This document shows positions 38,301-47,643 of a DNA stretch of 53,144 bases, one piece after another (within the stretch, counting starts at the first letter, position 1; each line of letters starts with the position of its first letter). Location: NCBI GenBank assembly GCA_019894975.1, contig JAGXNO010000024.1, forward strand, positions 1 through 53,144, in the 5' to 3' direction. Made by a program: the position numbers and the translations under genes. The notes beneath the pieces are model-generated. The model saw nothing but the letters and a program-made list of their open reading frames with translations. It searched no databases and was not told where the DNA came from. Origin of the DNA: Promethearchaeota archaeon (lineage in GTDB: Archaea; Asgardarchaeota; Lokiarchaeia; Sigyniarchaeales; SOKP01).

Positions 38301-39792
38301 AATAAATGCTGAATTGAATGAAGACGAAAAAACTATTTTGATCTATACAGATTATTATTATTTGAATAAAGAATTGAGAAATTTTATTGACAATCAACTC
38401 TTAAAATCAAGTAGAGAAAGAGTAGGGAAGATCTTGGCTCTCTATGATTCAAGCATTAGAAATTCAACCTTAAATATAAATATGTTAGAACTTCAAAATC
38501 GAATCAATGATTTAACTGCTTTTCAAGAGAATTTTCCAAAAAAATTTGATGATAAAGTTAATGAACTTCGGATAAATCAAGAAAGGGAGGAGTTTCTCAA
38601 CACTGAAAATTATTTTAATTCAGTAATAGAAAATGATGTCGCAGCCATGTATAATATAACTACTAACTTAAATATCTTTAATTCAACACTAAGTAGCATT
38701 GAACAGCAATTTAATTCACTTAAAACAGAATTACAAGCATATTATAATAGGTTTTTAAAAAAATCTGAAGAAAATGATTCTTATGCTGATATGCAAGAGG
38801 ATTTTAGAATAAAGAGACAAAAATTTACGGATGATTCAAGGAATACTCAATATAATATTGAAAGTGAATTAAAGAGTATTTTAAGCAAGACAGAAAGTTC
38901 GAACAAATTAATTCCGGAGATAAGAGAATTCTTTGTGAAAAAGAAGAACGAATTTATGGAAGAGTTTAATAATAAAATAGATAAGATTAATGATCAAATT
39001 GAAACAATGAAAAATGAGTCTTTTCGTGGTAAACTAATAGACTTTATAAACAATAGTAAAATTAAAATGAGCCAGCTACTTGGGAACCTTGAAAGAAAAG
39101 TAGAAGACAATATAGAATTAAAAGAATTTAAGAGAATTAATCTTATAATTCAAAAGAGAGCAAAAACCATCGAAACCGAGATAAAAGAAATTAAGAGAAC
39201 TGCAAATACCAAAATTAAAGAATATCATAGACAATCTAAAAATTTTAATCAAATTTCCAAATTTGTTTTAGAAGATTTTAATAAATTTATTAATGAATAC
39301 ACCGAAATCCTTAATGAAAAGGTGAAATCATTAGAAAGACTAATCTTAAAATCATATATTGAAATGACAATTAAAGCCGTTGCAAATGAGTACTTAACTA
39401 TAAGTTTCTTAAATAGTGAATTAAAACTTAAGAAGAAAAATATTCAAGACCACTTACTTTTCTTAATAAGTAATGGAGAATTACAAGGCAAGTTTGATCC
39501 TCGTTTTGCGATATATTTTGAGAATCCTGAAATCTTAGCGGACATAGATGAGTCTGAACTTGAAGTAATAAAAAACACTAATTTCAAAGTAAACATGGCT
39601 CTGCGTCATCTCAAGAATTTTGCAAGTCAGTACGGAAGTATAATTGCTTTCTTTGCTTCAATATTAACAATTTCATACTATTTTTTCCTTTTCAGCGGAG
39701 GAAATCCTGCAGCTATAGTTTTTCCTGTGCTAATTACCTTCCTCATTTTAGGGTTCTATTTTTTAAGAAAAAGAGATGAAAAGATAAAGTGA
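35386..39792 (+). CDS. 1468-aa protein: prenyltransferase/squalene-cyclase-like repeats + long coiled coils + PCI/winged-helix-like domains + 2 C-terminal TM
   Basis: PDIYSTYLALSSL and LLQFQKASGGFG...DTFW repeats; heptad-rich middle; LTISFLNSELKL....IQDHLLFLISNGELQGKFD PCI-like; terminal hydrophobic hairpin. Start uncertain (TTG). Confidence 0.75.
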   Translation: MFDVEQKSAYPYITKFKKEPFKSFVIIKERNIGNYYLKEFSKLVTFYKYFKVNLINQSNLTLVEIFWFSLLKKYIKNENKESRDNIFKFIKKCEIVQFEQIGFKLSHDPEKQPDIYSTYLALSSLKSMGILKEYFSSEGQNQIKEEIKRFVLSLRNGDKFLHCHDKQCDICKEISPERTLFYVMEIFTLLGIDIRNSKEQFRSYIGESKKKTEALLYKFLCLKYLDLDSEVKDKEVQYLLQFQKASGGFGFTQLENLNDTFWIVYILSNFSWLLDYNPSGVYFYINSKLSEVLSSEENWNTLKLVETSKLIILLSLIWKKFIDEIERTLFKELERENYIDLYQLKTTFGLSNDIEDIISYINLNYNFNLRTLDNKIEYKNFMRSLSEGKQIFFQRFYDEISTKSIISLSGMIKKYRIANEEHLKLKEDVFPIIKEMISRHFFKGDIRTKKGFLVKTKYNFNLKHLLEKVILSDTDINTERILEEKEKLEDIKNDIFNMTLKLKNIGYQITEEIDSYLLIDEIDYGKERLKFIIRDSLMEADFLNENIENSFNEILYYINIKAILGTEITQWNKVYSTLQKKLVDVDTHLKGKIKEKEMIRDLHKLLGNLNEKLELIEEDLEKKLDSFKKTFSETFQREYIENNFNLIIPQLNQISDDINKYDKIIFKISQQITAKENDIAKKHRDIIDRWLRIKEKYENEYKFYHEGFQFFKENLKKIIVINEKLRNEVSEIGEGIRNKIAESQFQEAFEIIKKESDVLLNEKITEIQNLQSVVKKEIKEKQKLFLLFKHLQDNLENLESTIIDSIATQSQALKDKVIVERNKTEIKDFDDFVSQEVMKLRSELVNIKNKFNLSNNLKIGEVTKTFDLIESNFDKSSKLFTKKLSSCIKNIEEFNEKSNLTILQWEKFTQFFHNEVSDLKDENINSIISKRINVMAIEKKTNNLKLVDLKDDVKLNCKVLIKRLKDMIDISKINAELNEDEKTILIYTDYYYLNKELRNFIDNQLLKSSRERVGKILALYDSSIRNSTLNINMLELQNRINDLTAFQENFPKKFDDKVNELRINQEREEFLNTENYFNSVIENDVAAMYNITTNLNIFNSTLSSIEQQFNSLKTELQAYYNRFLKKSEENDSYADMQEDFRIKRQKFTDDSRNTQYNIESELKSILSKTESSNKLIPEIREFFVKKKNEFMEEFNNKIDKINDQIETMKNESFRGKLIDFINNSKIKMSQLLGNLERKVEDNIELKEFKRINLIIQKRAKTIETEIKEIKRTANTKIKEYHRQSKNFNQISKFVLEDFNKFINEYTEILNEKVKSLERLILKSYIEMTIKAVANEYLTISFLNSELKLKKKNIQDHLLFLISNGELQGKFDPRFAIYFENPEILADIDESELEVIKNTNFKVNMALRHLKNFASQYGSIIAFFASILTISYYFFLFSGGNPAAIVFPVLITFLILGFYFLRKRDEKIK

Positions 39793-39856
39793 TGTTATCT
39801 CTCCTAAATTTTATTAATTCTTGTACAAAATTGAATCGAAATCAAAAAAAAAACAG

Positions 39857-42004
39857 TTAGTCATAATCCATTATAAATTGAACTGAACTCCCTTGCTTTC
39901 GAAGATATCCGTGATGACAAGCTTGATTAAAATGGATATAGAATTTCCTATCTATTATTTCTTCTTCTGTTGCTAGTTGTTTTAATTCCCCAAAATCTAG
40001 TAGATCCTCTTGGGAGTAAGTTTTAACTATATTGATTAGGGTTTTTACGTTTTTATTTAGATACATTTTTCTTTGTTTTTGGGGCATATTCTTTTTTCCT
40101 TTTTGTTTCATTATTTTATTTCTCATTTCCTGATGCTCAATTTTAACTATATCTGAAAAAAAAGTCACACCACATTCCTTTATTTTCTTATACTCCTCAC
40201 TATTACAAAAATCGTCTAATTGTGTCAATATTTCCTCGATTGAACGATTAGCTAGAAGTTCTTTTTCTTTATCTCTTCTATCTTTGAAATTTTTAATTAA
40301 TTCGAAATCTGAACTTTTGCTTTTATTTGGTTCTGAGAATATAATAGATTTGCGTTCCAATTTATTATTTAAATCTATTTGCTCGTAGCCAGTTAAAACC
40401 GATTTCATAATACCTTCCTTTCTTCTTGCAACAATATAGAAAGGGATATCAACAGTATCTTCAGTAACGAGGATATAACATCTTCCAGAGGCATATCTAC
40501 CAGTTCTTCCACGCCTTTGAATTAATCTTATTTCAGAAGGGACAGGTTCATAAAAAATTATTGCATCAACATTTGGTATATCTATTCCTTCTTCAGCAAC
40601 ACTGGTTGCAATTAAAACGTTAATTTCATCATTTCGAAATTTCTGGAGGATCTCTGATTGAAGTTTTTGAGAAAAACCAAAATCGTTCATTTTTGATGAT
40701 TGCCCTATAAATTTCTCAATTGATAAATGGTTTTTAAATTCATTTTGTAATCTATTCTTCAGGAATTCAGCCATTTCTCTAAACTGAGTAAATATTATTA
40801 TTTTCTTGTTGTTAAATTCCTCCATTTCTTCAGTGATGAGTGAAATAATCTTATCTATTTTTGGATGAGTTAAATCTGATAACTTTTCTTTTTCAATAGT
40901 CGATCTAACAAATTGAAAATGTTCTGAATTTACAATTCTTTTGGCAGAAAGGATTCCTTGTTCGGCTCTAAATTCTATTTTTTCTAAAAATGAGAGAAAA
41001 AGAGATATTTCTTGAGTTTCAATCAAATCCTTAGCATGCAACAATGAAATACAACTTGAACAGTAAGAATATACTGAATTAACATCAATTTCATTATCAT
41101 TGATTATATCAATTATCTTTGGATCTGTGTAATACAATGAATCTAAATACTCTTCTTCTGAAATATATTCTTTTTCATATTGAAACGATAGAGTTAAATC
41201 ATTGGTCATTCTCAGAAAATCTAATTTTGAGTAGTATTTCTTGTAGGGGTTAATCAGCTTCCGGTCAATAAAGAATCTCAAAAATCTTTTTAGTAATTCT
41301 TGCCAAACTTGACTCAATTCTAAAATCTTTATTGGTAAGTTAACTAAATTTATGTAAGTGTCTATATCATGTATATACTCCTTTACATCTTCATCCTCAT
41401 AATTTCTAAATACGATATTCTCAATATGTAAATTATCACAGATTAGTTGAATACGCTCAAAATCTTTCCCGGGGGAAGCAGTTAAGCCGAGAATTAGGGG
41501 ATCATTACAAGTAGTGATATATTCTTGTGAAATTAAGTTATATGAATAATTTCCTTTTGTTTTGTGAGCCTCATCAAAAACAACTAATGAAACTTGCCTT
41601 AAATCATATCTTCCTCTCATAATATCATTATTAATCACTTGAGGTGTAGAAATTATTATTTTTGAATTTTTAAATAAAAGAATCCTTTTTTCAGGGGATA
41701 TCTTACCTGTAAATGAAATGATTTCCTCAGGATTAATATCAAGAAATTTTATACAAGACGCTTTATGCTGTGCAACTAAGGGTCGGGTTGGAGCAAGGAT
41801 AACTATTTTTGCTCTTGGATATTTTTTTAGAGAATATGCAACCAATAAAATACCAATAATTGTCTTTCCTAAGCCTGTTGGTAATACAACCAGAGAATTC
41901 TTATTCTTACAACTATTTGCAATATTATTTTGATAATGTCGATAATGAACCGTGTCCTTTTTTATAAAGGGTCCATTAAAATACTTCATTGACTTATTTT
42001 GCAT
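39857..42004 (-). CDS. hef: Hef/FANCM-like (ERCC4-related) DEAH helicase, no recognisable nuclease domain
   Basis: LPTGLGKT, LAPTRPLVAQH, STPQ, FDEAH, GLTASPG, HPKI, IFTQFR, ATSVAEEGIDIP, YEPVPSEIR.IQRRGRTGR. Confidence 0.9.
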   Translation of the reverse strand: MQNKSMKYFNGPFIKKDTVHYRHYQNNIANSCKNKNSLVVLPTGLGKTIIGILLVAYSLKKYPRAKIVILAPTRPLVAQHKASCIKFLDINPEEIISFTGKISPEKRILLFKNSKIIISTPQVINNDIMRGRYDLRQVSLVVFDEAHKTKGNYSYNLISQEYITTCNDPLILGLTASPGKDFERIQLICDNLHIENIVFRNYEDEDVKEYIHDIDTYINLVNLPIKILELSQVWQELLKRFLRFFIDRKLINPYKKYYSKLDFLRMTNDLTLSFQYEKEYISEEEYLDSLYYTDPKIIDIINDNEIDVNSVYSYCSSCISLLHAKDLIETQEISLFLSFLEKIEFRAEQGILSAKRIVNSEHFQFVRSTIEKEKLSDLTHPKIDKIISLITEEMEEFNNKKIIIFTQFREMAEFLKNRLQNEFKNHLSIEKFIGQSSKMNDFGFSQKLQSEILQKFRNDEINVLIATSVAEEGIDIPNVDAIIFYEPVPSEIRLIQRRGRTGRYASGRCYILVTEDTVDIPFYIVARRKEGIMKSVLTGYEQIDLNNKLERKSIIFSEPNKSKSSDFELIKNFKDRRDKEKELLANRSIEEILTQLDDFCNSEEYKKIKECGVTFFSDIVKIEHQEMRNKIMKQKGKKNMPQKQRKMYLNKNVKTLINIVKTYSQEDLLDFGELKQLATEEEIIDRKFYIHFNQACHHGYLRKQGSSVQFIMDYD

Positions 42005-42088
42005 ATAATAGAAAGAAGTAAATCTTTACCTTTTAAAACCTATAACACTGAAAGATTTTTCATTTGAATTAAGATTAAGATTAAGTTT

Positions 42089-43093
42089 CTAATGTTTTTC
42101 AATAGGAAAAAACAATATTCTTTTTTTTTTAATTTGGCGCCTTATTATACCCTTGATCTCCATATTTTTTAGCATTAATACAACCCAATCTCTTGCAATT
42201 ATTGTAGTGATCCTTTTTTCTTTCGGGTATATTATTTTCATGAGATTTTCTGGAGATAATCCCTTATTTGAATGGTGGTTAATCGCATTTAATAATTGTT
42301 CTTCCCTTTCTTTCATTCGTTTTAAGATAGCTGAAAGAGTTTCTTTTGGGTTAATAATAATATCACCATGAGCGGGTAGGATCAATTCTAATTTAGGTAG
42401 ATTCTGATATTGCCGAATAGTGCCCAAATAGTCCTCAATATTGGATTCTGGGGGCCCTAACCAGGTGGAACGCATGTTAAGCACGTTATCTCCCGAGAAG
42501 ATTACTCCTTTTCTTTCATTATAAAGTGAGATATGTTCAGGAGAATGTCCAGGGGAAGATAAGATTCTCCATTTCTCCCCATTAATTATTATCTCCGAGT
42601 TTTCTCCAACGATCTTATCCGGTTTATTTATGTAAGAAAGACCAAAGATTCTTTTATAAAGAAACCCTTCACCCATATTTCTAATTAATTGCCAGATTCT
42701 ACGTAGTATATTTTTTTTTATTCTTAAATTATGCTCGTAATCGTCAGCTTGAAAACTTGTATTGAAACTTACCTCATCTTTAATTTTACTAGCAATTTCT
42801 TTTGTTAACACAATTTTTAATCCTAGTTTACTACTAATTGCATTAAGTCCGCTAAAATGGTCAGAATGGGCGTGAGATACAATAATACGTGTAATTTTGA
42901 ACTCTTTGTTTTGTTTTTTATAATGTTCCTCGATGTCTTGAAATTCGTCTAAGAATTGTTTAACCAATTTCTTATTTCCGTAACCTGAATCAAATATAAT
43001 ACCATTAATACCTGCTAGAACAAAGATATTGTCTGAAGGTCTGAATTTAGCCTTTTCAACAATCAAAAATATTCCAGAATAAACTTCTTTCAT
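42089..43093 (-). CDS. MBL-fold metallo-hydrolase with C-terminal winged helix (LACTB2/glyoxalase II-like)
   Basis: SHAHSDHFSG, SPGHSPEH, FSGDNV, LPAHG. Confidence 0.9.
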   Translation of the reverse strand: MKEVYSGIFLIVEKAKFRPSDNIFVLAGINGIIFDSGYGNKKLVKQFLDEFQDIEEHYKKQNKEFKITRIIVSHAHSDHFSGLNAISSKLGLKIVLTKEIASKIKDEVSFNTSFQADDYEHNLRIKKNILRRIWQLIRNMGEGFLYKRIFGLSYINKPDKIVGENSEIIINGEKWRILSSPGHSPEHISLYNERKGVIFSGDNVLNMRSTWLGPPESNIEDYLGTIRQYQNLPKLELILPAHGDIIINPKETLSAILKRMKEREEQLLNAINHHSNKGLSPENLMKIIYPKEKRITTIIARDWVVLMLKNMEIKGIIRRQIKKKRILFFPIEKH

Positions 43094-43231
43094 TCAATTT
43101 TGATAAAATTGGAGAAAAGAAAAATTTTTTGATAATGGAAATTTCTGCTGATGAATTTTTTATAAATCATAATCAATAATTCTAAAAATTTAGAAGTTTT
43201 GTGTCACTAAAGATCTATAAAGTATAATGGG

Positions 43232-44134
43232 TTGTTTGATATTTCTGAGGAAATAATTAATATTCTTTTACTTATCCCGTGTTTTAATGAAGAAGAAAAC
43301 ATAGAGCATATTTTAGAACATCTCCTGCATGTTAAACAAAATTTGCAAGATAGAAATGAATTGAATCTGGAAATCCTTATCATTAATGATGGTTCTACAG
43401 ATAAAACCATGCAAATTTTGGAGAAAAACAATCATGATTCTTTTTTTAATATAATTAACTTCAAAAAAAATAAAGGATATGGTTTTACACTTAGAAAAGG
43501 TTTTAATTACGCCAGAGAAATGAATTTCTCTTGGATAATTTCGTTCGATATGGATGGTCAGCATGAACCAAAGTGTTTATACAATTTTATTGACCAGATC
43601 CTTGAAAAACCAACAGAACAAATCATTTCTGGTTCCCGATATAGAAATTCAAATAACTTTTGGCAAAACCCGTGGAAAGATAGATTTCTAGTAAATGCGA
43701 TTATTACCGGAATTCTTAATACTATTGGATTTTCTATTACAGATGCGTTTTGTGGATTAAAGGCATACGAATGTGATGCAATTAATGATTTAGATTTAGA
43801 AATAAGCGGATATGAGATTCCCATAGAAATCTGGATTAAATCATTGAAAAAGGGATATAAAATTGTAGAAAAAGGTGTTCCAGTAATATATAAAGATAGG
43901 GAAGGGATTTTAAAAAATGCTAAAAGTAGCTTTTTATTTAAAAAAGGAGAAGAAAGAATTGAAAAATATATTGATTTACTTGAATCACTCTTGAATTCTC
44001 CATTAAAAACAGATGTTAAAGTTTTTAAGTCACTATTTTCAAAATATTTCAATAGTACTAAAGATATTAATAAACATAATTTCAAAAAAATACAGGATTC
44101 AATATTCGCACAAATTAGAAAATTAGAAACTTAG
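43232..44134 (+). CDS. GT2 glycosyltransferase (DPM1-like)
   Basis: IPCFNEE, INDGSTD, NKGYG, DMDGQH (DxD), SGSRY, ITDAFCGLKAY. Confidence 0.9.
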   Translation: MFDISEEIINILLLIPCFNEEENIEHILEHLLHVKQNLQDRNELNLEILIINDGSTDKTMQILEKNNHDSFFNIINFKKNKGYGFTLRKGFNYAREMNFSWIISFDMDGQHEPKCLYNFIDQILEKPTEQIISGSRYRNSNNFWQNPWKDRFLVNAIITGILNTIGFSITDAFCGLKAYECDAINDLDLEISGYEIPIEIWIKSLKKGYKIVEKGVPVIYKDREGILKNAKSSFLFKKGEERIEKYIDLLESLLNSPLKTDVKVFKSLFSKYFNSTKDINKHNFKKIQDSIFAQIRKLET

Positions 44135-44143
44135 AAGATTAAA

Positions 44144-44839
44144 ATGGACATTAATTTAGATATTTTGGTGATCGGAGCCCATCCGGATGATGCAGAAATC
44201 GGATGCGGAGGCACAATTGCCCATTATAAGAAAAGGGGTAAAAAAGTAGGGATTTTAGATTTATCGAATGGAGAACCGACCCCATTTGGCACTGTTGAAA
44301 AAAGATTGACGGAAGCGAAAGCAGCTTCTGAAGTTTTACATCTAGATATAAGGATCACCTTAGATATGACAAATAGATATATCGAAAATACTGTAGAGAA
44401 TAGAAAAAAAGTTTCTGAAGTAATTAGAAAATATAAACCAAATGTTCTTATTACTCATCCCTCCGACGATTGGCATCCAGACCATATAGCTTGTCATCAG
44501 ATTGTAAATGCGGCTAAATTTCAGTCAAAATTAACAAAAACTGAATCCAAATATTCAGAACATTACCCAAAATATGTCTTTTATTTTGATCATTCGCATT
44601 TAAAGGATAAGAATCGCAAATTGGACTTTTTAGTTGATATATCTGATTCCATCGAAGACAAAATTGCTGCTCTTAAAGCGTATAAATCACAGTTTGTAGA
44701 TAATAAAAAGCATTTAAGGATATTTGATTATATAAAAGAACGTGCAGGATTTCTAGGATATCAAATTGGTGTGAAGTACGCTGAAGGATTCATTAATCCT
44801 GAATATTTAATGCTGGATTTTGAAAATTTAAAATTTTAG
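44144..44839 (+). CDS. bshB1: PIG-L/LmbE family deacetylase, BshB1-like
   Basis: DILVIGAHPDDAEIGCGG, DLSNGE, R..EA, HPDH, VDIS...EDK..AL.AYKSQF, G..IGVKYAEGF. Confidence 0.85.
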   Translation: MDINLDILVIGAHPDDAEIGCGGTIAHYKKRGKKVGILDLSNGEPTPFGTVEKRLTEAKAASEVLHLDIRITLDMTNRYIENTVENRKKVSEVIRKYKPNVLITHPSDDWHPDHIACHQIVNAAKFQSKLTKTESKYSEHYPKYVFYFDHSHLKDKNRKLDFLVDISDSIEDKIAALKAYKSQFVDNKKHLRIFDYIKERAGFLGYQIGVKYAEGFINPEYLMLDFENLKF

Positions 44840-44850
44840 GTAAAATTGAG

Positions 44851-46551
44851 ATGTCCGCTGATAGATTCGAAGACCCATTAAAATACTACCTGCTATACGC
44901 TGTAGATGAACAGAAATCTTGGATTTCTGAAGGAATGAAAGATCTGATTCCTCAATCTATGAGCAATGCTATTCTTCTTGCCAAAAAAGTAAATAGAGAA
45001 ATGAAAAAAGACAACGAGATAAAAACAGCATTAGGAAAAATATTCGAAAACACAAATAGTAAATATAATCTCCTGACTGAAAAATCTAAGAGTCATTTAG
45101 AAAATTTTCTTACTGACAATAATAGTATGAGTTTAGAAGTTTCACATCAACCAAAATTTTTAGGCGGAGAAAGATTTCTTTTTAACAAAATGGCATGCGG
45201 GGCAGCTTTTTCGAATGTCGATAAAAATATAATTCCAATTTTTTATGTTGCTGATTATGATAAAGTTCATTCAGAATTAATAAAAACTAAATTTTCACAA
45301 AGCGATTCACCTAATGGATTTTCAATTTCAATAAAACCGGAAATAGAGAAAGAGTTTCAAGATATGAGAATTAGAAATCTTCCACTACCATCTCTATCTT
45401 ATCTTTTAGAACAATTTCAAGAAATTAGAAAAAAATATATCAATTCAATTAATTCCTGTTTGGAAGATAATTGGCATAAAAAATTATTAGAAGAACGGTT
45501 GGAAGAAGCACTTCGGTTAATCAAAGTCGCACATATTAATGCAGAAAACTATACAGATTGGTTTATCAATATAATTGGGACAATTTCCAATATTATATTT
45601 GACCAAGGATATCTATTCATTTCGGCATCTGATTTAGATTACAAACGATTATTAACGCCATTTTATGAAAAATTATTAGAGAATCAAAGTAAGTATGTAG
45701 ATTCATATAAAGATCTAAGAACTCAATTTCTAGATAATCATATTCAACCACCTTTGAGAGAGATAAGAGATGACTTTGTTCCTTTTTTCTATGAATGTAC
45801 AAATGAACATTGTAACTGTAAAAGATCGGAATTAACCTGTCAAGATTATACATCAATGATCCATGTTAAATGTACATGTAGCAATTGTGGGGATTTAATA
45901 GATTTTAGTCTCGAAAGGGATAATCCTGATCTTTCTGAGTTTTCCTCTTCCTTTACACCCAGAGTTGAATCCCGCCAATATTTAATTTCAAAAACGCTCC
46001 AACCAGCAATACATATTGCAGGTACAGGTGAAACCAGATATTATACGATGGGAATTCCTTTGATTAAGAATTTTGATAAAAATATCTCATTACCCGTTAT
46101 ATATTTTTATAATAAAGTAACAATGAACACGTTTATTACCCGGAAGCTGGAGCAGGATTTAGTTAAATTAAATGTACCATATTTTCTGGAAAATATTAAA
46201 GGTTTGATGAAAAATCTTGGAAAATTTAACTCTATAATCAATAAACCTAAGGATTACATGCCAGATAGGGTAAAAGTAATAGAAATTTTAGCAAATTTTA
46301 AATCATATATGAAGCAACTTGAAAATATCTTAACAAAAACCCATTTAACTGATATATCTTCAGAGGATAAAAATATTATTTCAAGTTATTTAAGTAATAT
46401 GTTCGGAAAAATCTCTAAGGAAAAACACGGACAAGAAGCAGTATTTCATTGGGTGGATTTATGTTTAAAAAATGGTTTATCAGATTTCTTTAACGATTAC
46501 TTTCGAATTTACAAACCGTGGCTCCCTCCAGGAACACAAATCTTTCTGTAA
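44851..46551 (+). CDS. bshC: BshC-like (putative cysteine-adding, Rossmann/class I ligase-like) protein with Zn-ribbon insert
   Basis: SHQPKFLGG....FNK, PIFYVADYD, IAGTGETRYY correspond to BshC GQQ..LFTGP.Y..K, P.FW...EDHD, Y.GG.GE.AY; CxxxxC...CxCxxC insert; directly follows the bshB1-like gene. Confidence 0.68.
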   Translation: MSADRFEDPLKYYLLYAVDEQKSWISEGMKDLIPQSMSNAILLAKKVNREMKKDNEIKTALGKIFENTNSKYNLLTEKSKSHLENFLTDNNSMSLEVSHQPKFLGGERFLFNKMACGAAFSNVDKNIIPIFYVADYDKVHSELIKTKFSQSDSPNGFSISIKPEIEKEFQDMRIRNLPLPSLSYLLEQFQEIRKKYINSINSCLEDNWHKKLLEERLEEALRLIKVAHINAENYTDWFINIIGTISNIIFDQGYLFISASDLDYKRLLTPFYEKLLENQSKYVDSYKDLRTQFLDNHIQPPLREIRDDFVPFFYECTNEHCNCKRSELTCQDYTSMIHVKCTCSNCGDLIDFSLERDNPDLSEFSSSFTPRVESRQYLISKTLQPAIHIAGTGETRYYTMGIPLIKNFDKNISLPVIYFYNKVTMNTFITRKLEQDLVKLNVPYFLENIKGLMKNLGKFNSIINKPKDYMPDRVKVIEILANFKSYMKQLENILTKTHLTDISSEDKNIISSYLSNMFGKISKEKHGQEAVFHWVDLCLKNGLSDFFNDYFRIYKPWLPPGTQIFL

Positions 46552-46559
46552 TGTGTAGG

Positions 46560-47543
46560 TCATTTCAGTTTGAAGAACTTATTTGCATTTTCCCAATAAA
46601 TCTTCTTCAATACATCAAGAGGAAGATCCAAGCCGTTTATTTTTGTATTATTATCATTTTCAGGATCTGGAAAGGGTAACGGTATATCCCGACAGGGGGT
46701 TTCTAAAATTGCTTGGAAGGTAAAATAACGAGTCCGATAATAATCTGAAATTGGTTTGTTTCTATCTTGTACAAGATCTGTCCCAAATAGAATTCTATCT
46801 GAAAATTTAATAAAGAACTTTCTGGCTTTTTCTGGATACCTCCCAAGTTCTCGTGCCATCCATCTTGCTGAAGATGTATCAATAAAATAATTTGGATATA
46901 ACTCAAACCACCTTGCAAGGTTTTCTAAATCTTCGGGTTGACCTCCAAAATGTGCTTGTTGTACCTTTAAATCAGGAAAACTTGATAATATCTCCTCAAA
47001 ATCCTCGATATGTTCTCTTTTAGTACCGTATCGACTAACAGGTTGATACACTTTCTCGTACCAAAGATCGGGATCACTAACATGGATTAATAATATAAGT
47101 CCTAATTCTTCTATCTTCGCAAATATTGACTTAAAAAAAGGATCTGATAATCGAATTATAGGTGGATCAATTTTAAACTGTTCTTTTACAAAATCTCTCA
47201 CTCTCGGGCCAAACCAAAATTTAACAATAGGATATCCTTGTTGACAAATTTCTTCAAGTGAGTCTAACGTTAGTTTAAGGTTTGGTTTTACTTTAAAAAG
47301 CTCTCTACTTCTAAAATACTTAGCTAACACAAACTTATCAGGGAATTGTGTTTCTAATTCGTCATAACCATTTCCCCACACGATACCAACTGATTTTTTG
47401 ATGTTAAACTCTTCTCTGAACTTAACCAAATTATGGATGCCGTTTATACTCCCTAAATGAACATGGGCATCAAATTTTGGACCAAAATATTTAGATTTAA
47501 CGGGGGTATCATCATCAACGTACTCTGAAATATATTTTTGCAC
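46560..47543 (-). CDS. Amidohydrolase family 2 (TIM-barrel metallohydrolase)
   Basis: FDAHVH, LIHVSDP, AHFGG, IDTSS, DRILFGTD, KIYWENA. Confidence 0.9.
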   Translation of the reverse strand: MQKYISEYVDDDTPVKSKYFGPKFDAHVHLGSINGIHNLVKFREEFNIKKSVGIVWGNGYDELETQFPDKFVLAKYFRSRELFKVKPNLKLTLDSLEEICQQGYPIVKFWFGPRVRDFVKEQFKIDPPIIRLSDPFFKSIFAKIEELGLILLIHVSDPDLWYEKVYQPVSRYGTKREHIEDFEEILSSFPDLKVQQAHFGGQPEDLENLARWFELYPNYFIDTSSARWMARELGRYPEKARKFFIKFSDRILFGTDLVQDRNKPISDYYRTRYFTFQAILETPCRDIPLPFPDPENDNNTKINGLDLPLDVLKKIYWENANKFFKLK

Positions 47544-47643
47544 TTATAATTCACACTTAGCAACAGTTTTCTTTTCAAAAAACATCTATTCTTTGAATAA
47601 TTGATGCTATGAATCATAACCTAATTATTTTTTGAAAAGTTTG

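Noticed and set aside
19813-39792. Protein prenylation pathway (CAAX protease + prenyltransferase-like domain + small GTPases)
   Set aside because: Neither GTPase ends in a Cys/CaaX motif (SLTT, KDLN), the genes are far apart, and CPBP proteins are ubiquitous.
43558-44085. 175-aa minus-strand ORF, and the other short ORFs nested in longer genes (e.g. 4669-5007, 14528-14812, 36573-36899, 49886-50095)
   Set aside because: Fully overlap well-supported genes and carry no motifs; typical shadow ORFs.
32900-44839. Complete GPI-anchor pathway (GPI8-like + DPM1-like + PIG-L)
   Set aside because: The deacetylase is BshB1-like and operonic with a BshC-like gene; no PIG-A or GT-C mannosyltransferases are present and the C13 gene is about 9 kb away.
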